From: Gemmatimonadota bacterium | GTDB taxonomy: Bacteria; Gemmatimonadota; Gemmatimonadetes; Gemmatimonadales; Gemmatimonadaceae | Assembly (NCBI GenBank): GCA_040389905.1 | Contig: JAZJZK010000064.1 | Span: 1 to 35,481 of the forward strand | DNA length: 35,481 nt | Reading direction: 5' to 3' | Shown here: piece by piece, positions 7,775 to 16,573 of the stretch | Numbering within the stretch: position 1 is the first letter of the stretch | Layout: the number at the start of each line of letters is the position of its first letter | Position numbers and translations under genes: made by a program | The notes under the pieces: model-generated | What the model was told of the DNA's origin: nothing | Seen by the model: only the letters and a program-made list of their open reading frames with translations | The model's database searches: none

Positions 7775-8260
7775 ATGACCACACCCCGCATAGCCGTGCT
7801 GTCCTTCGCCGCCATGCTCGGCGCCGCGTTCTGTCCCGCGCGGCTCGATGCGCAGGCCGCCAAGCCGCCGATGGATACGACGCACAAGATGGACAAGATG
7901 AGCAAGATGGAGATGGAGCATCACGGCGGTGAGTCGAGCGGATGGAAGGAGCTCGACGCGTTTCACACGCTCCTGGCGGAAACGTGGCACCCGGTCGCCA
8001 AGTCGAAGGATCTCACTCCGATCCGCGAAAAGGCGGTTGCGCTGTCGGACGCCGCGCAGGCGTGGTCTCTATCGAAAGCTCCGCACGGGTGCGACGCGAA
8101 GCCGATTCTCGATGCCGTGGCGTCCGTTGCCTCCGAGTCCAAGGCGCTGGCTCAGCTTGTCGCCAAGAAAGCCGCTGATGCCGAGGTCACGTCCGCACTC
8201 AAGGCATTGCACGACCGGTTCGAGACCGTCGAGCAAGGCTGTAAGCCAATGAAGCACTGA
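7775..8260 (+). CDS. Secreted helical protein with a Met/His-rich N-terminus; possible metal-binding protein
   Basis: GGAG RBS, a signal peptide ending in LDA-Q, the segment MDTTHKMDKMSKMEMEHHG, further His residues and two Cys in the mature part. Confidence 0.75.
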   Translation: MTTPRIAVLSFAAMLGAAFCPARLDAQAAKPPMDTTHKMDKMSKMEMEHHGGESSGWKELDAFHTLLAETWHPVAKSKDLTPIREKAVALSDAAQAWSLSKAPHGCDAKPILDAVASVASESKALAQLVAKKAADAEVTSALKALHDRFETVEQGCKPMKH

Positions 8261-8271
8261 CAGCGTCCTGT

Positions 8272-8369
8272 ATCAGGGTGTTTCCGTGGCATCCGGCGCA
8301 TCTGCTCCTCAAGAACGATCGAAAACCTGAGGAACGGATTGAACGGATGCGACGGAAAACAACTCGGAT
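8272..8369. repeat. Family C imperfect inverted repeat (ATCCG / CGGAT arrays) between convergent genes
   Basis: 8272-8311 pairs imperfectly with 8328-8369. CGGATGCGACGGA is shared with 14968-14980. Confidence 0.7.
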
Positions 8370-8376
8370 TTTACCG

Positions 8377-8724
8377 TTAGCGCGATGCCCAGTAGTCATC
8401 GTCGCAGATCAAGACATCGAGTTCAAGCTGACCAGGGTAGTCCGCGATGTGAATCGCCGAGGTCTCGATAACGAAGCCCTCAGGGTCAACGAGCACCAGG
8501 CCGAGCTTGTCGCGCGCCGCGTGATAGCGCTCCAGTTTCTCGAGATCGCGCGGCTCGCCACCACGCATCGGAACCGCTTCGCTGAAAAGCTGGAACACGG
8601 GTTGAATCAGTTCATACCCGAGTCCTGGATGGAACACGCCCGTCGCGCGCCGCAGCACGGGGTCGGCGTCCTCGAGTTTGGAGTGACCAACAATCACTCC
8701 GTGAAGCTTGACAGTGTGTCGCAT
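8377..8724 (-). CDS. Hypothetical protein, 115 aa
   Basis: Its ATG overlaps the GNAT stop (TAATG coupling), and its composition looks globular. Confidence 0.75.
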   Translation of the reverse strand: MRHTVKLHGVIVGHSKLEDADPVLRRATGVFHPGLGYELIQPVFQLFSEAVPMRGGEPRDLEKLERYHAARDKLGLVLVDPEGFVIETSAIHIADYPGQLELDVLICDDDYWASR

Positions 8725-9269
8725 TAGTTGGGCTCGCTGACTCGGCGTACCATCACGTAGTCCGTTTGATGGTCGGAGCCGAGCGTAAAGGGCAGCGTTC
8801 CTGCGATGGAAAAGCCCCACCGGCGATAGAACGCAATCGCTCGCGCATTGTGCTCCCAGACGCCCAGCCAGATCGCGCTCTTGCCCCGCGCAGCGGCCTC
8901 ATCGAGAGACCGCTGCATCAGTGCCGCGCCGACGCCCGACCCAATCGACCGCTTCACGGAATACAGCCGAACGATTTCCAGGACATCGGGCTCCTTCACG
9001 CCGTCCGGCGGTGGACCTTCGCGGAGCATGACATATCCGACGGTCCCCACCTCACGCTCGGCGAAAAAGACGGTGTGCCGCGGATCGCTCAGCTCCGCGA
9101 GCTGTTGCTCCGCACCAAACGCGGCGCCGAGGTACATCGCCATGTCGTCGTCGGTGTTTTCTGGCCCGAAGGTATCCTGAAACGTCTCCGACCCGAGCGC
9201 CGCAAGGAGCTCGGCATCCGCAGGCGTGGCCTGTCGAATGGAAATCCGGGAGATGCTGCCAGACGCCAT
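8724..9269 (-). CDS. GNAT family N-acetyltransferase (PaiA-like)
   Basis: IRQATPADA, IGSGVGAALM and IWLGVWEHNARAIAFYRRWGF. Confidence 0.92.
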   Translation of the reverse strand: MASGSISRISIRQATPADAELLAALGSETFQDTFGPENTDDDMAMYLGAAFGAEQQLAELSDPRHTVFFAEREVGTVGYVMLREGPPPDGVKEPDVLEIVRLYSVKRSIGSGVGAALMQRSLDEAAARGKSAIWLGVWEHNARAIAFYRRWGFSIAGTLPFTLGSDHQTDYVMVRRVSEPN

Positions 9270-9290
9270 TCGGCGAATGTAGGCCGAGCG

Positions 9291-10010
9291 TCAGCGCCGC
9301 GCGAGCGTCCGAAGTCCAAGCGCGCCATTGATCCAACGCACCAGCGGGAGAATGCGCGCATAGTCCCTCATGAGGATGTCGGGCAGCTTGGGGCTCTGGA
9401 GGTCGGGCATCGCAATGTCGCGCCCCAGCGTGTAGGACTGGTGGCGCAATAACATGGCGGCGGGGTGATCGTCCATGTAGCCACGTGGCATCCTCGTCAA
9501 CATGCTTTCCTCGGCGAGGCTGCCGAAGCGCCGGCGCACGGTTGCGTCGCGCAAAATCGCCGAGAGCGTCTCGTGATCCTCGTCGATCGCCTCACGAATG
9601 CGCTGCACCGTTGGCCGTGGCGGCATCCAGATCCCCCCGCCCAGCGACGCACGTTCTCCTTCCATGTGGAAGTAGAACCCTGCCCCTCCGTGTGGCGTCG
9701 AGCTTCCCACGCCGCGACTCGCGTCGCTGTGGAAGAGCCAGCTCGCAACGTGCGTCTTGTACGGTGACTTGTCCTTCGAGAAGCGCACGTCACGATGAAT
9801 GCGAAAGAGCGAGCGCTTCGGATCGCCGACGATTTCCGGCGCGAGGGTAGCCAACCGGACATCCAGCTCCTCGGTCAACGCGGCCAGTGGAGCCCGGAGC
9901 TCGGTCTCGTAGATCGATCGGTTGCGTTCGAACCATTCACGGTCGTTGTGGCGCTTGATCGAGCGGAGAAACTGGAGCGCGGCAGGGCGAAAGCCCGTGA
10001 ACTCCGTCAT
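9291..10010 (-). CDS. DUF2461 family protein
   Basis: HNDREWFERNR and FRIHRDVRFSKDKSPYKT. Confidence 0.92.
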   Translation of the reverse strand: MTEFTGFRPAALQFLRSIKRHNDREWFERNRSIYETELRAPLAALTEELDVRLATLAPEIVGDPKRSLFRIHRDVRFSKDKSPYKTHVASWLFHSDASRGVGSSTPHGGAGFYFHMEGERASLGGGIWMPPRPTVQRIREAIDEDHETLSAILRDATVRRRFGSLAEESMLTRMPRGYMDDHPAAMLLRHQSYTLGRDIAMPDLQSPKLPDILMRDYARILPLVRWINGALGLRTLARR

Positions 10011-10723
10011 TGCACCTCAGGCTTCAGTTTCTGCGCAACCGGCACGGCGGGCACGATCTTGAAATCAAAGGTCTGCTCGACCGCCTGGCGCACCTTATGG
10101 CCGTCGACACGCGCGGGAGTGAACGTCATGCGGGGCACGGCACTGCGCACGGACTCTGCGAACTCCTGATGGGTGAAGCGGATGATCTCGACCGACTCGA
10201 GGTCGGCTCGGCCGGTGGTGTCGACAACGAAGCGGGCGATCGCCCGACCCTCTGTGCCTGCTTTCATCAAGTCGGGCGGGTAGGCCGGTGCCGCGCTCCC
10301 TTCGGCGCGGACCACTTGTTCCTCCACTTCAAGCACCGAATAAATGGAATCGGGCGAGTAGACTGGAGGAGCGGGCGCCTGCGACTCCGTTTCGGTACCC
10401 GTGTTCCCGCCGGGGAGCGGCTCCTTTTTCGGACCACCGTCATTCTTGGGACGGCCGTCGGGTCTGCCAGCATCCGTGATCTGCGCTCCGCCTCCCAACT
10501 CCATGTAGTGAAGGTGCTCCACGCGCGGGGCGGAGCCGGCGATGCGGTCGGGGGGTGGGAGATACCGGAGCGAGCGGTTCTGGATCGTCTCGGCGAGTTC
10601 ACTCGCGGCCACGTGCGTCGAGTACACTGCGCCGGCGATCAGAATGGCGTGCGCACAGACGCTCAACGTCGTGCTGGCCCCGAGCAGGGGCGTTCGTGCC
10701 GCCGATTCCAGCCAGACGCGCAT
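10007..10723 (-). CDS. TonB family energy transducer
   Basis: N-terminal TM helix with SVCAH (SxxxH), a Pro-rich linker and a C-terminal domain PAYP...EGRAIARFVVDTTG...FTPARVDG. Confidence 0.88.
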   Translation of the reverse strand: MRVWLESAARTPLLGASTTLSVCAHAILIAGAVYSTHVAASELAETIQNRSLRYLPPPDRIAGSAPRVEHLHYMELGGGAQITDAGRPDGRPKNDGGPKKEPLPGGNTGTETESQAPAPPVYSPDSIYSVLEVEEQVVRAEGSAAPAYPPDLMKAGTEGRAIARFVVDTTGRADLESVEIIRFTHQEFAESVRSAVPRMTFTPARVDGHKVRQAVEQTFDFKIVPAVPVAQKLKPEVQ

Positions 10724-10936
10724 GCCACCGGCTCCCGGGAGTCGCTCGTAGGTAAGAACGTGCTGCCTTGAGTATCATCTGACCTCTCGCGCGAGGCAAG
10801 CGGTCACCCTTTTCGACCGTGTCAGACTTCTGCCAACTATCCGACCACTAAATGAGTGGCGAAAGGGTGCCGACAATCGTCACTACAGGTATAGCTGCGC
10901 CGACGCCGGCGACGCAGGTTTTGTCGTGCCCCGTTT

Positions 10937-13900
10937 TTGACGAATCCCATCGCCGTGCTTGACGTCCCGCCGCTCCTCCACGAGACCCTCGCCGGACGCT
11001 ATGTCCTCAAGCGGGAGATTGGTCGCGGCGGCGCGGCGCTCGTCTATCTGGCGCACGACGTTCGCCACGAACGGCTCGTGGCCATCAAGGTCCTCCACCG
11101 CGAGCTGTCGCACGCGCTCGGCGCGCAGCGCTTCCTGCGGGAGATCAAGCTCACCGCGAGCCTGCAGCATCCGCACATCCTCCCCATCCACGATTCCGGG
11201 GAGGCGCATGACCAGCTCTACTACGTCATGCCGTACGTCGAGGGCGACTCCCTTCGGCAGCGGCTCGGCGCGGACAGCCGGTTGTCGCTCGAGGAAGCAG
11301 TCAGGGTCGGGCGCGAGGTTGCCGGTGCGCTTGCGTACGCACACGAACGTGGGATTGTGCACCGCGACATCAAGCCTGAGAACATCCTGTTCTCGGGGGG
11401 CCATGCGATTCTAGCCGATTTCGGCATCGCGCGCGCCATCAACCGAGCGCACGAGAAAATCACGCAGCAGGGCACGATCACCGGGACGCCCGCGTACATG
11501 AGCCCAGAACAGGCGCGCGACCGCGCGTTCGATGGGCGGAGCGACGTCTATTCGCTGGCGTGCGTGCTGTACGAGTCCATTGCCGGCGTGCCGCCGTACG
11601 TCGGCGAAACGCCGCAACAGCTCCTGACGCAGCGCATTTCCAAGCCCGCGCCGCCGCTCCGCGAATATCGGCACGATGTGCCGACGCAGATCGAGGCGGT
11701 GATCGCGAAGGCGCTGTCGATTTCGCCTGACGACCGCTTCGACGATGCACGCGCGTTCAGCGCCGCGTTGTCCGCGGCGGTCGGACACTCCGGTGAGACG
11801 CTGACGGCTCGCACCGCCCGTCGCTCGATTGCGCGGAGTCCCTGGGCCTGGACAGCGGCCGTGGCACTCCTGATGACCGGCGCCGCTGCCTCCACACGCC
11901 AGGGGCGCGACCAGATCGACCTGCTGGCGGGGCGCGTCGATACGGCACAGTACGCGATTGTGCCATTTCAGTACATCGGCGGTGCGGCGCCCGCGGACGA
12001 CCAGGAACCCGTGGCGCAAGGGTTGTACGTCGCGATGCGTGAGTGGGCCGGTCTCAAGCTGGCCAGCGACCTGAGCGTCAATGACCAGCTCCGGCACAGC
12101 GATGGGGAGACCCTGAACGACGCGAGCACCGTGGCGCGACGCGTGCACGCGGGAAAACTCATCTGGGGTCGGGTGTGGGTCACGCGGGATTCGTTCAAGG
12201 TGCGGGCAGCGGTGTACGACGCCATTGGCGGCGCCTCATTCAGGGAACACACGATCGGCGGGCCGCGCGACTTGCTGACGCAGCAGCCTGGCATCCTTCG
12301 GACGTTGGCGGCGTCCCTCCTGCGCCTCGATGGTACGCCAGCTGCCGCGCTGTCGGGCGAGGCGGGCACGCGCAATCTCGTCGCATGGCGAGCGTATCAG
12401 GAGGCGCATCGAGAGCTCGCGACGTGGCGCGTGCCATATGCCATCGCTGCATTGGAGCGGGCGACGCTCGCTGATCCCGACTATGCGCACGCACACGTCT
12501 GGTTGGCGCAGCTGCAGCTCTGGCGAGCGGAGCCCGTTGCGAAGTGGGCACCGCATGTCAACACCGCACTTCGGTACCGCGCTGCGCTCGGCAACCGTGA
12601 GATCGCGCTGCTCGATGCACTGCATGCAATACAGAACAATCTGTTTGGCGACGCGTGCAAGGCGTACAATATCCTTCGCGTGCAGGATTCTCTCGACGCC
12701 GCCGCGTGGCTTGGCCTGACCCACTGTCAGGCGTTCGATCGAATGGTTGTGCGTGACGCGAGAAGCGCTACCGGCTGGTCGTTCCGAGGGAGTATTGCGG
12801 GTGCTCAGCGTACATATGTGCGCGCTCTCCAGATTGCACCCTCGTCATTCTGTGCTCTTCCATTCAATTCGGTCCAGCGCCGCGTCTTCGCCATCGAGAC
12901 GGCGCAATATCGAAGCGGCGCCGATGCGAGCGGCGCGGAATTCTTCGGTAAACCGAATATCGTCGGCGACAGTATCGCGTACGCGGCGCGGCCGATTTCC
13001 GAGATCCTCGCACGGGGGTATTCGGAGCTCGCGCCGTTCATCGACAAGGCGGTCCAACGGAATCGTGAAACATTGCTGGCGGCGATCTCCGCACTGACGC
13101 TGCGCATGCCGGACAATCCCGATGTGTTCGAAGCGCTCTCCCGGACTCTCGAATCGCGCGATGAGATTACCGGTACGCCGAACGGCGGACACTCCGCCCT
13201 CAGCGCGCTCGAGCGCGCGCTCGTCCTGGCGACCGACACCATTCAACGGGCGCGGCTTGGCAGCGCCGACGTGCGCCTTCACCTCAAGTTGGGAGACTTC
13301 AGCCGCGCGCAGGCCATCGGCGATTCGATTCTTTCGTCGAACGCTGCGGCGACGGGCAAGGCTTCCGAGCAGCTTGCAGGCATTGCCGCACTGCTCGGTC
13401 GCGAGCAGCTGGCGATCCGGCATCTTCGCTCTGCCGGGAGATCTGTCACCTTGGCGGGCGCGCCGACAGTGCCGCTGCTCGAGGATGTCTCCACCGCGTT
13501 CTTCGTCCGTGCGTCCTTCGGCGTGTGCGACGACTCCCTCCGTGCGCTCCGTGCCCGTGTCGAAACGTTGCTCGAGAGTTACGTCAACGCGTCGCAGCGC
13601 GACGCGGCGCGGACGGGGATGATCCAGCGGCCGTTGCAATTCGCGCTCGCGTGCTTCGGTGCAGCGCCCACCACCGGGCTTGTTGGTCAGGTCGGTACGG
13701 CGTTCCAAGCGGCGCAGGCACTTGGTCGCGGCGATTCGACCCGAGCGCGCCAACTCCTCGATTCCGGCCAGGCGCAACGAACGCTGATACGCCCTGGTGA
13801 CTACTCCCTCGACTACACTGTTACGGAGGCGTGGTTGCGCGCCGCATTGCGCGACACAGCCGCCGCCGTGCGTCAACTGGACCTCACGCTGACAGCGTTG

Positions 13901-14113
13901 CCCACACTTCAGTACTGGGTTACTTATGAGCCGGGCATGGCCGCCGCTGTCGGTCGCAGCATGGCGATGCGCGCCGAATTGGCCAGTCGGCGCGGAGACG
14001 CGGTCACTGCGGCTCTCTGGGCTGGGCGCGTGCTGACGCTCTGGTCGCACGCGGATCCGTCGCTTGCCCCCACGCTCGCTCGCATGAGGGAGCTCGCAGC
14101 ACACCGAATGTAG
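10937..14113 (+). CDS. Receptor-like Hanks-type Ser/Thr kinase (kinase, TM helix, TolB-N-like segment, helical/TPR-like region); start TTG 10937 or GTG 10955
   Basis: GRGGAA, VAIK, HRDIKPEN, DFG and GTPAYMSPE. A hydrophobic helix WAWTAAVALLMTGAAA is followed by YAIVPF and long helical repeats. Confidence 0.92.
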   Translation: MTNPIAVLDVPPLLHETLAGRYVLKREIGRGGAALVYLAHDVRHERLVAIKVLHRELSHALGAQRFLREIKLTASLQHPHILPIHDSGEAHDQLYYVMPYVEGDSLRQRLGADSRLSLEEAVRVGREVAGALAYAHERGIVHRDIKPENILFSGGHAILADFGIARAINRAHEKITQQGTITGTPAYMSPEQARDRAFDGRSDVYSLACVLYESIAGVPPYVGETPQQLLTQRISKPAPPLREYRHDVPTQIEAVIAKALSISPDDRFDDARAFSAALSAAVGHSGETLTARTARRSIARSPWAWTAAVALLMTGAAASTRQGRDQIDLLAGRVDTAQYAIVPFQYIGGAAPADDQEPVAQGLYVAMREWAGLKLASDLSVNDQLRHSDGETLNDASTVARRVHAGKLIWGRVWVTRDSFKVRAAVYDAIGGASFREHTIGGPRDLLTQQPGILRTLAASLLRLDGTPAAALSGEAGTRNLVAWRAYQEAHRELATWRVPYAIAALERATLADPDYAHAHVWLAQLQLWRAEPVAKWAPHVNTALRYRAALGNREIALLDALHAIQNNLFGDACKAYNILRVQDSLDAAAWLGLTHCQAFDRMVVRDARSATGWSFRGSIAGAQRTYVRALQIAPSSFCALPFNSVQRRVFAIETAQYRSGADASGAEFFGKPNIVGDSIAYAARPISEILARGYSELAPFIDKAVQRNRETLLAAISALTLRMPDNPDVFEALSRTLESRDEITGTPNGGHSALSALERALVLATDTIQRARLGSADVRLHLKLGDFSRAQAIGDSILSSNAAATGKASEQLAGIAALLGREQLAIRHLRSAGRSVTLAGAPTVPLLEDVSTAFFVRASFGVCDDSLRALRARVETLLESYVNASQRDAARTGMIQRPLQFALACFGAAPTTGLVGQVGTAFQAAQALGRGDSTRARQLLDSGQAQRTLIRPGDYSLDYTVTEAWLRAALRDTAAAVRQLDLTLTALPTLQYWVTYEPGMAAAVGRSMAMRAELASRRGDAVTAALWAGRVLTLWSHADPSLAPTLARMRELAAHRM

Positions 14114-14178
14114 TTGCAGGTCCCGCCGCAGCCACGCGATGCGCGTGGCAAGTACCCCATTACCGATTCGGAGGATCC

Positions 14179-14907
14179 ATGAGTCGATTCATGTATCGTC
14201 AGGCGTATCTCGCATTCGCCTTCGTCCTGTTCACCGCCTGCGGCAAGGGTGATGCGCCCCCCGCCGATTCCGCTGCGAGTGCCGCCGCGGCCGCACCGCG
14301 AAGCCTCGTGGGAGCGGCGCCTGCGGCACCCGCTGCGATGCCCGGCGCCCTCACCAAACCGATCGAGCAGTACACCGCGGACGAGTTTGCGGCGTTCGTA
14401 AAGAAGCTCCAATACGTCGGCGCACATGAGCGGCAACGCAACTGCAAGGGGAACCCCGGGTGCGATGGCCCCCGCGCCAACGTGCACACGCGCGTGCTCG
14501 TCGACGCGGTCGCGACGCAGGACTCGCTGTCCGCCACCACCACGCCGCAGTTCGGCGTGGTGTACATTCACGCGATCAACAAGGGAAACCAGCAAGAGAA
14601 ACGGTACGGATTCCTTCCCGGCCCGCAGATCGAGTACTACGTGATCGTCACCGCGCAGGGCGGCGCGATGACGTGGACCCTCGAGCAGCTCGACACGAAG
14701 GCGAATACGCTCACCCAGACGGGAACCGGCCGATTCACGGGGTGCAATCATGCCTGGGTGGCAGGCGCACAAGCGGACTTCAAAACCTGCGCGAACGCCG
14801 CATCCGGTCGGGACTCACTCGTGAAGTTGGGACGCCTTCTTCAGGGCGGCGACGACGATCCGTTGTGGACCGCCTGTTCCACTGGTTGTTGCACCGCGGA
14901 TACCTGA
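14179..14907 (+). CDS. Cys-rich lipoprotein of unknown function
   Basis: GGAGG RBS, lipobox FTAC, an Ala/Pro linker and the C-terminus WTACSTGCC. Confidence 0.85.
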   Translation: MSRFMYRQAYLAFAFVLFTACGKGDAPPADSAASAAAAAPRSLVGAAPAAPAAMPGALTKPIEQYTADEFAAFVKKLQYVGAHERQRNCKGNPGCDGPRANVHTRVLVDAVATQDSLSATTTPQFGVVYIHAINKGNQQEKRYGFLPGPQIEYYVIVTAQGGAMTWTLEQLDTKANTLTQTGTGRFTGCNHAWVAGAQADFKTCANAASGRDSLVKLGRLLQGGDDDPLWTACSTGCCTADT

Positions 14908-14952
14908 TCACATACGTGCAAGCGAGGGCGCTCTGAACTGCGCGAACAGCTC

Positions 14953-15139
14953 GAGGAGCGAACTTGCCGGATGCGACGGATTCCCACGGATTTGCTCTGC
15001 GGCCGGTCGTGCCAATCTTTGACCCTCGCTTTCAAAGAGGCCCTGATTTTGAATGCGGAAGGGCTGGCCTCGGATTCTCGAAGCCAGCCCTGATGTTTGA
15101 TCCGGCTTTTATCCGTAGAACCCGTACAATCCGCTCCTT
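14953..15139. repeat. Family C inverted repeat enclosing additional hairpins, between convergent genes
   Basis: 14953-14991 pairs with 15100-15139. An internal stem AGGGCTGGC...GCCAGCCCT lies at 15060-15091. Confidence 0.7.
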
Positions 15140-15140
15140 G

Positions 15141-15188
15141 GCAGTTGCAGTTGCAGCTGCAGTTGCAGTTGCCGTTGCCGTTGCGGTG
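15141..15188. repeat. Hexamer tandem repeat, (GCAGTT/GCCGTT) x8
   Basis: gcagtt gcagtt gcagct gcagtt gcagtt gccgtt gccgtt gcggtg. Confidence 0.9.
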
Positions 15189-15192
15189 ACCG

Positions 15193-15726
15193 TCAGGCGC
15201 GCGCCACCCCATACCGCTCTCGCAACACGTTCAAGTGATGCAGCGCGTGCCCCGTCGTGATGTAGGCCAGCGCGCGCACACTGACGTGGGCATTGTTGAC
15301 TGTACCGCTTCGCGCCCACGCCGCATCCGGTAGCGACGCGAGGAGCGCAAGCGTACTCGCCCGCACGGCGGCCATCTCTCCCGCAAGCTCCGCAACGGAA
15401 CGCGAATCCGATTCAGCCGTCAGCGCGAAGCCGTTCTCCTCGAAGCCCGGCAGCGGCGTCGCATCACCGCGCGCGATGCGCAGCAATCGATACGAAAAGA
15501 TGCGCTCGGCGTCGATCATGTGCCCAATCACGGTACGAACCGTCCACTTGCCTTCAGCGTACGCATGGGCGCCGCTCGCCTCCGGAATCGACGCGAGCGA
15601 AGCATTCAAATCCGTGCTCGCCGTCTGCAAGACGTCCGTGATATCGCCATCGGGGACGCTCGCGACGTAGCCAGCGTAGAACGACGGATACTCCGCAGCT
15701 TCGGGTCGGGCACGTAACTCGGTCAT
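15193..15726 (-). CDS. DinB/YfiT-family protein (not the DinB polymerase)
   Basis: YAEGKWTVRTVIGHMIDAERIF and GHALHHL. Confidence 0.9.
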   Translation of the reverse strand: MTELRARPEAAEYPSFYAGYVASVPDGDITDVLQTASTDLNASLASIPEASGAHAYAEGKWTVRTVIGHMIDAERIFSYRLLRIARGDATPLPGFEENGFALTAESDSRSVAELAGEMAAVRASTLALLASLPDAAWARSGTVNNAHVSVRALAYITTGHALHHLNVLRERYGVARA

Positions 15727-15751
15727 GTGAGCGACAGAGAATGAGGTGTGG

Positions 15752-16573
15752 TCAGCGACTGACGGCGAGGCGAGGTGAGGCGCGTCGAGACGCGAGTATG
15801 AGCAAACCAGCAGAGAAGACGCCGAGTGCGACGAACTGCGCGGAGGTCAACGGCCCGACCATGTCGTTCTTTGCCCGGAAAAACTCGACGATGAAGCGTT
15901 CCGTGCCGGCAAGGACGCAATACACGCCGAAGAGCCATCCCGCGAGATGGCGGTGGGCGCGCAACCGCCAGAGTACCATGAACATCACAAGTCCGAGCGC
16001 CACTTCCAGCAGTTGCGTGGGATAGACGCTGACGATGGACTCGGGCGGCGTCGTGGCGGGCAGGTTGGCGTGATACTCGGCATTCATGATGCCGGCGAGC
16101 GTCTTGGGGATCCCCTCCGGAAATGCCACGGCGAGCGGGCCGTTGTACACCCGCCCGTAGTCGTCGCCGACGGCCCAGCATCCCGTACGCCCGATGGCAT
16201 AGCCCGCGGCAATTCCGACTGCTGTTCCGTCGGCGATCCGCCAGAAGTTTGCACGACGCCACCGGATGACGAGCGCGCAGCACAGCACCGAGCCAATGAA
16301 CCCACCCCAAAATACAAACCCCGCTCGGCTCCATAACTCGGTGACGCTGCCGGCCAGGATCGCGTAATAGATCTTTGCACCGACAATCGTGCCGACGAGC
16401 GCCGCGAAGGTGACGTCGTTCATGATCTCCGGATCGTCACCACGCTGCTCCAGCACCTGCTGCGATACCCAGTGCGCGATGCCGAACGCGGCCATCATCG
16501 CAATCCCGAAGCCCGTCAACTTGAGCGGGCCAATCGAAAAGTTGAACGCGTGGTGGATGATCGGATGAGGCAT
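15752..16573 (-). CDS. lgt: Prolipoprotein diacylglyceryl transferase
   Basis: GFVFWGG, IGRTGCWAVGDDYG, YPTQLLE and RFIVEFFR in a multi-TM protein. The ATG is coupled to the upstream stop. Confidence 0.9.
   Translation of the reverse strand: MPHPIIHHAFNFSIGPLKLTGFGIAMMAAFGIAHWVSQQVLEQRGDDPEIMNDVTFAALVGTIVGAKIYYAILAGSVTELWSRAGFVFWGGFIGSVLCCALVIRWRRANFWRIADGTAVGIAAGYAIGRTGCWAVGDDYGRVYNGPLAVAFPEGIPKTLAGIMNAEYHANLPATTPPESIVSVYPTQLLEVALGLVMFMVLWRLRAHRHLAGWLFGVYCVLAGTERFIVEFFRAKNDMVGPLTSAQFVALGVFSAGLLILASRRASPRLAVSR

Noticed and set aside
7675..7905. Lipoprotein-like N-terminal extension of the 6184-7905 ORF (LAAC)
   Set aside because: It is antisense to the well-supported 7775-8260 gene, and a strong RBS supports ATG 7674.
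10724..10936. Riboswitch or ncRNA in the TonB-kinase spacer
   Set aside because: Only short hairpins are present, with no convincing match to a riboswitch consensus by eye. An Rfam scan would decide.
15193..15726. DinB as a second translesion polymerase linked to imuABC
   Set aside because: It belongs to the DinB/YfiT four-helix metalloprotein family and is unrelated to Pol IV.
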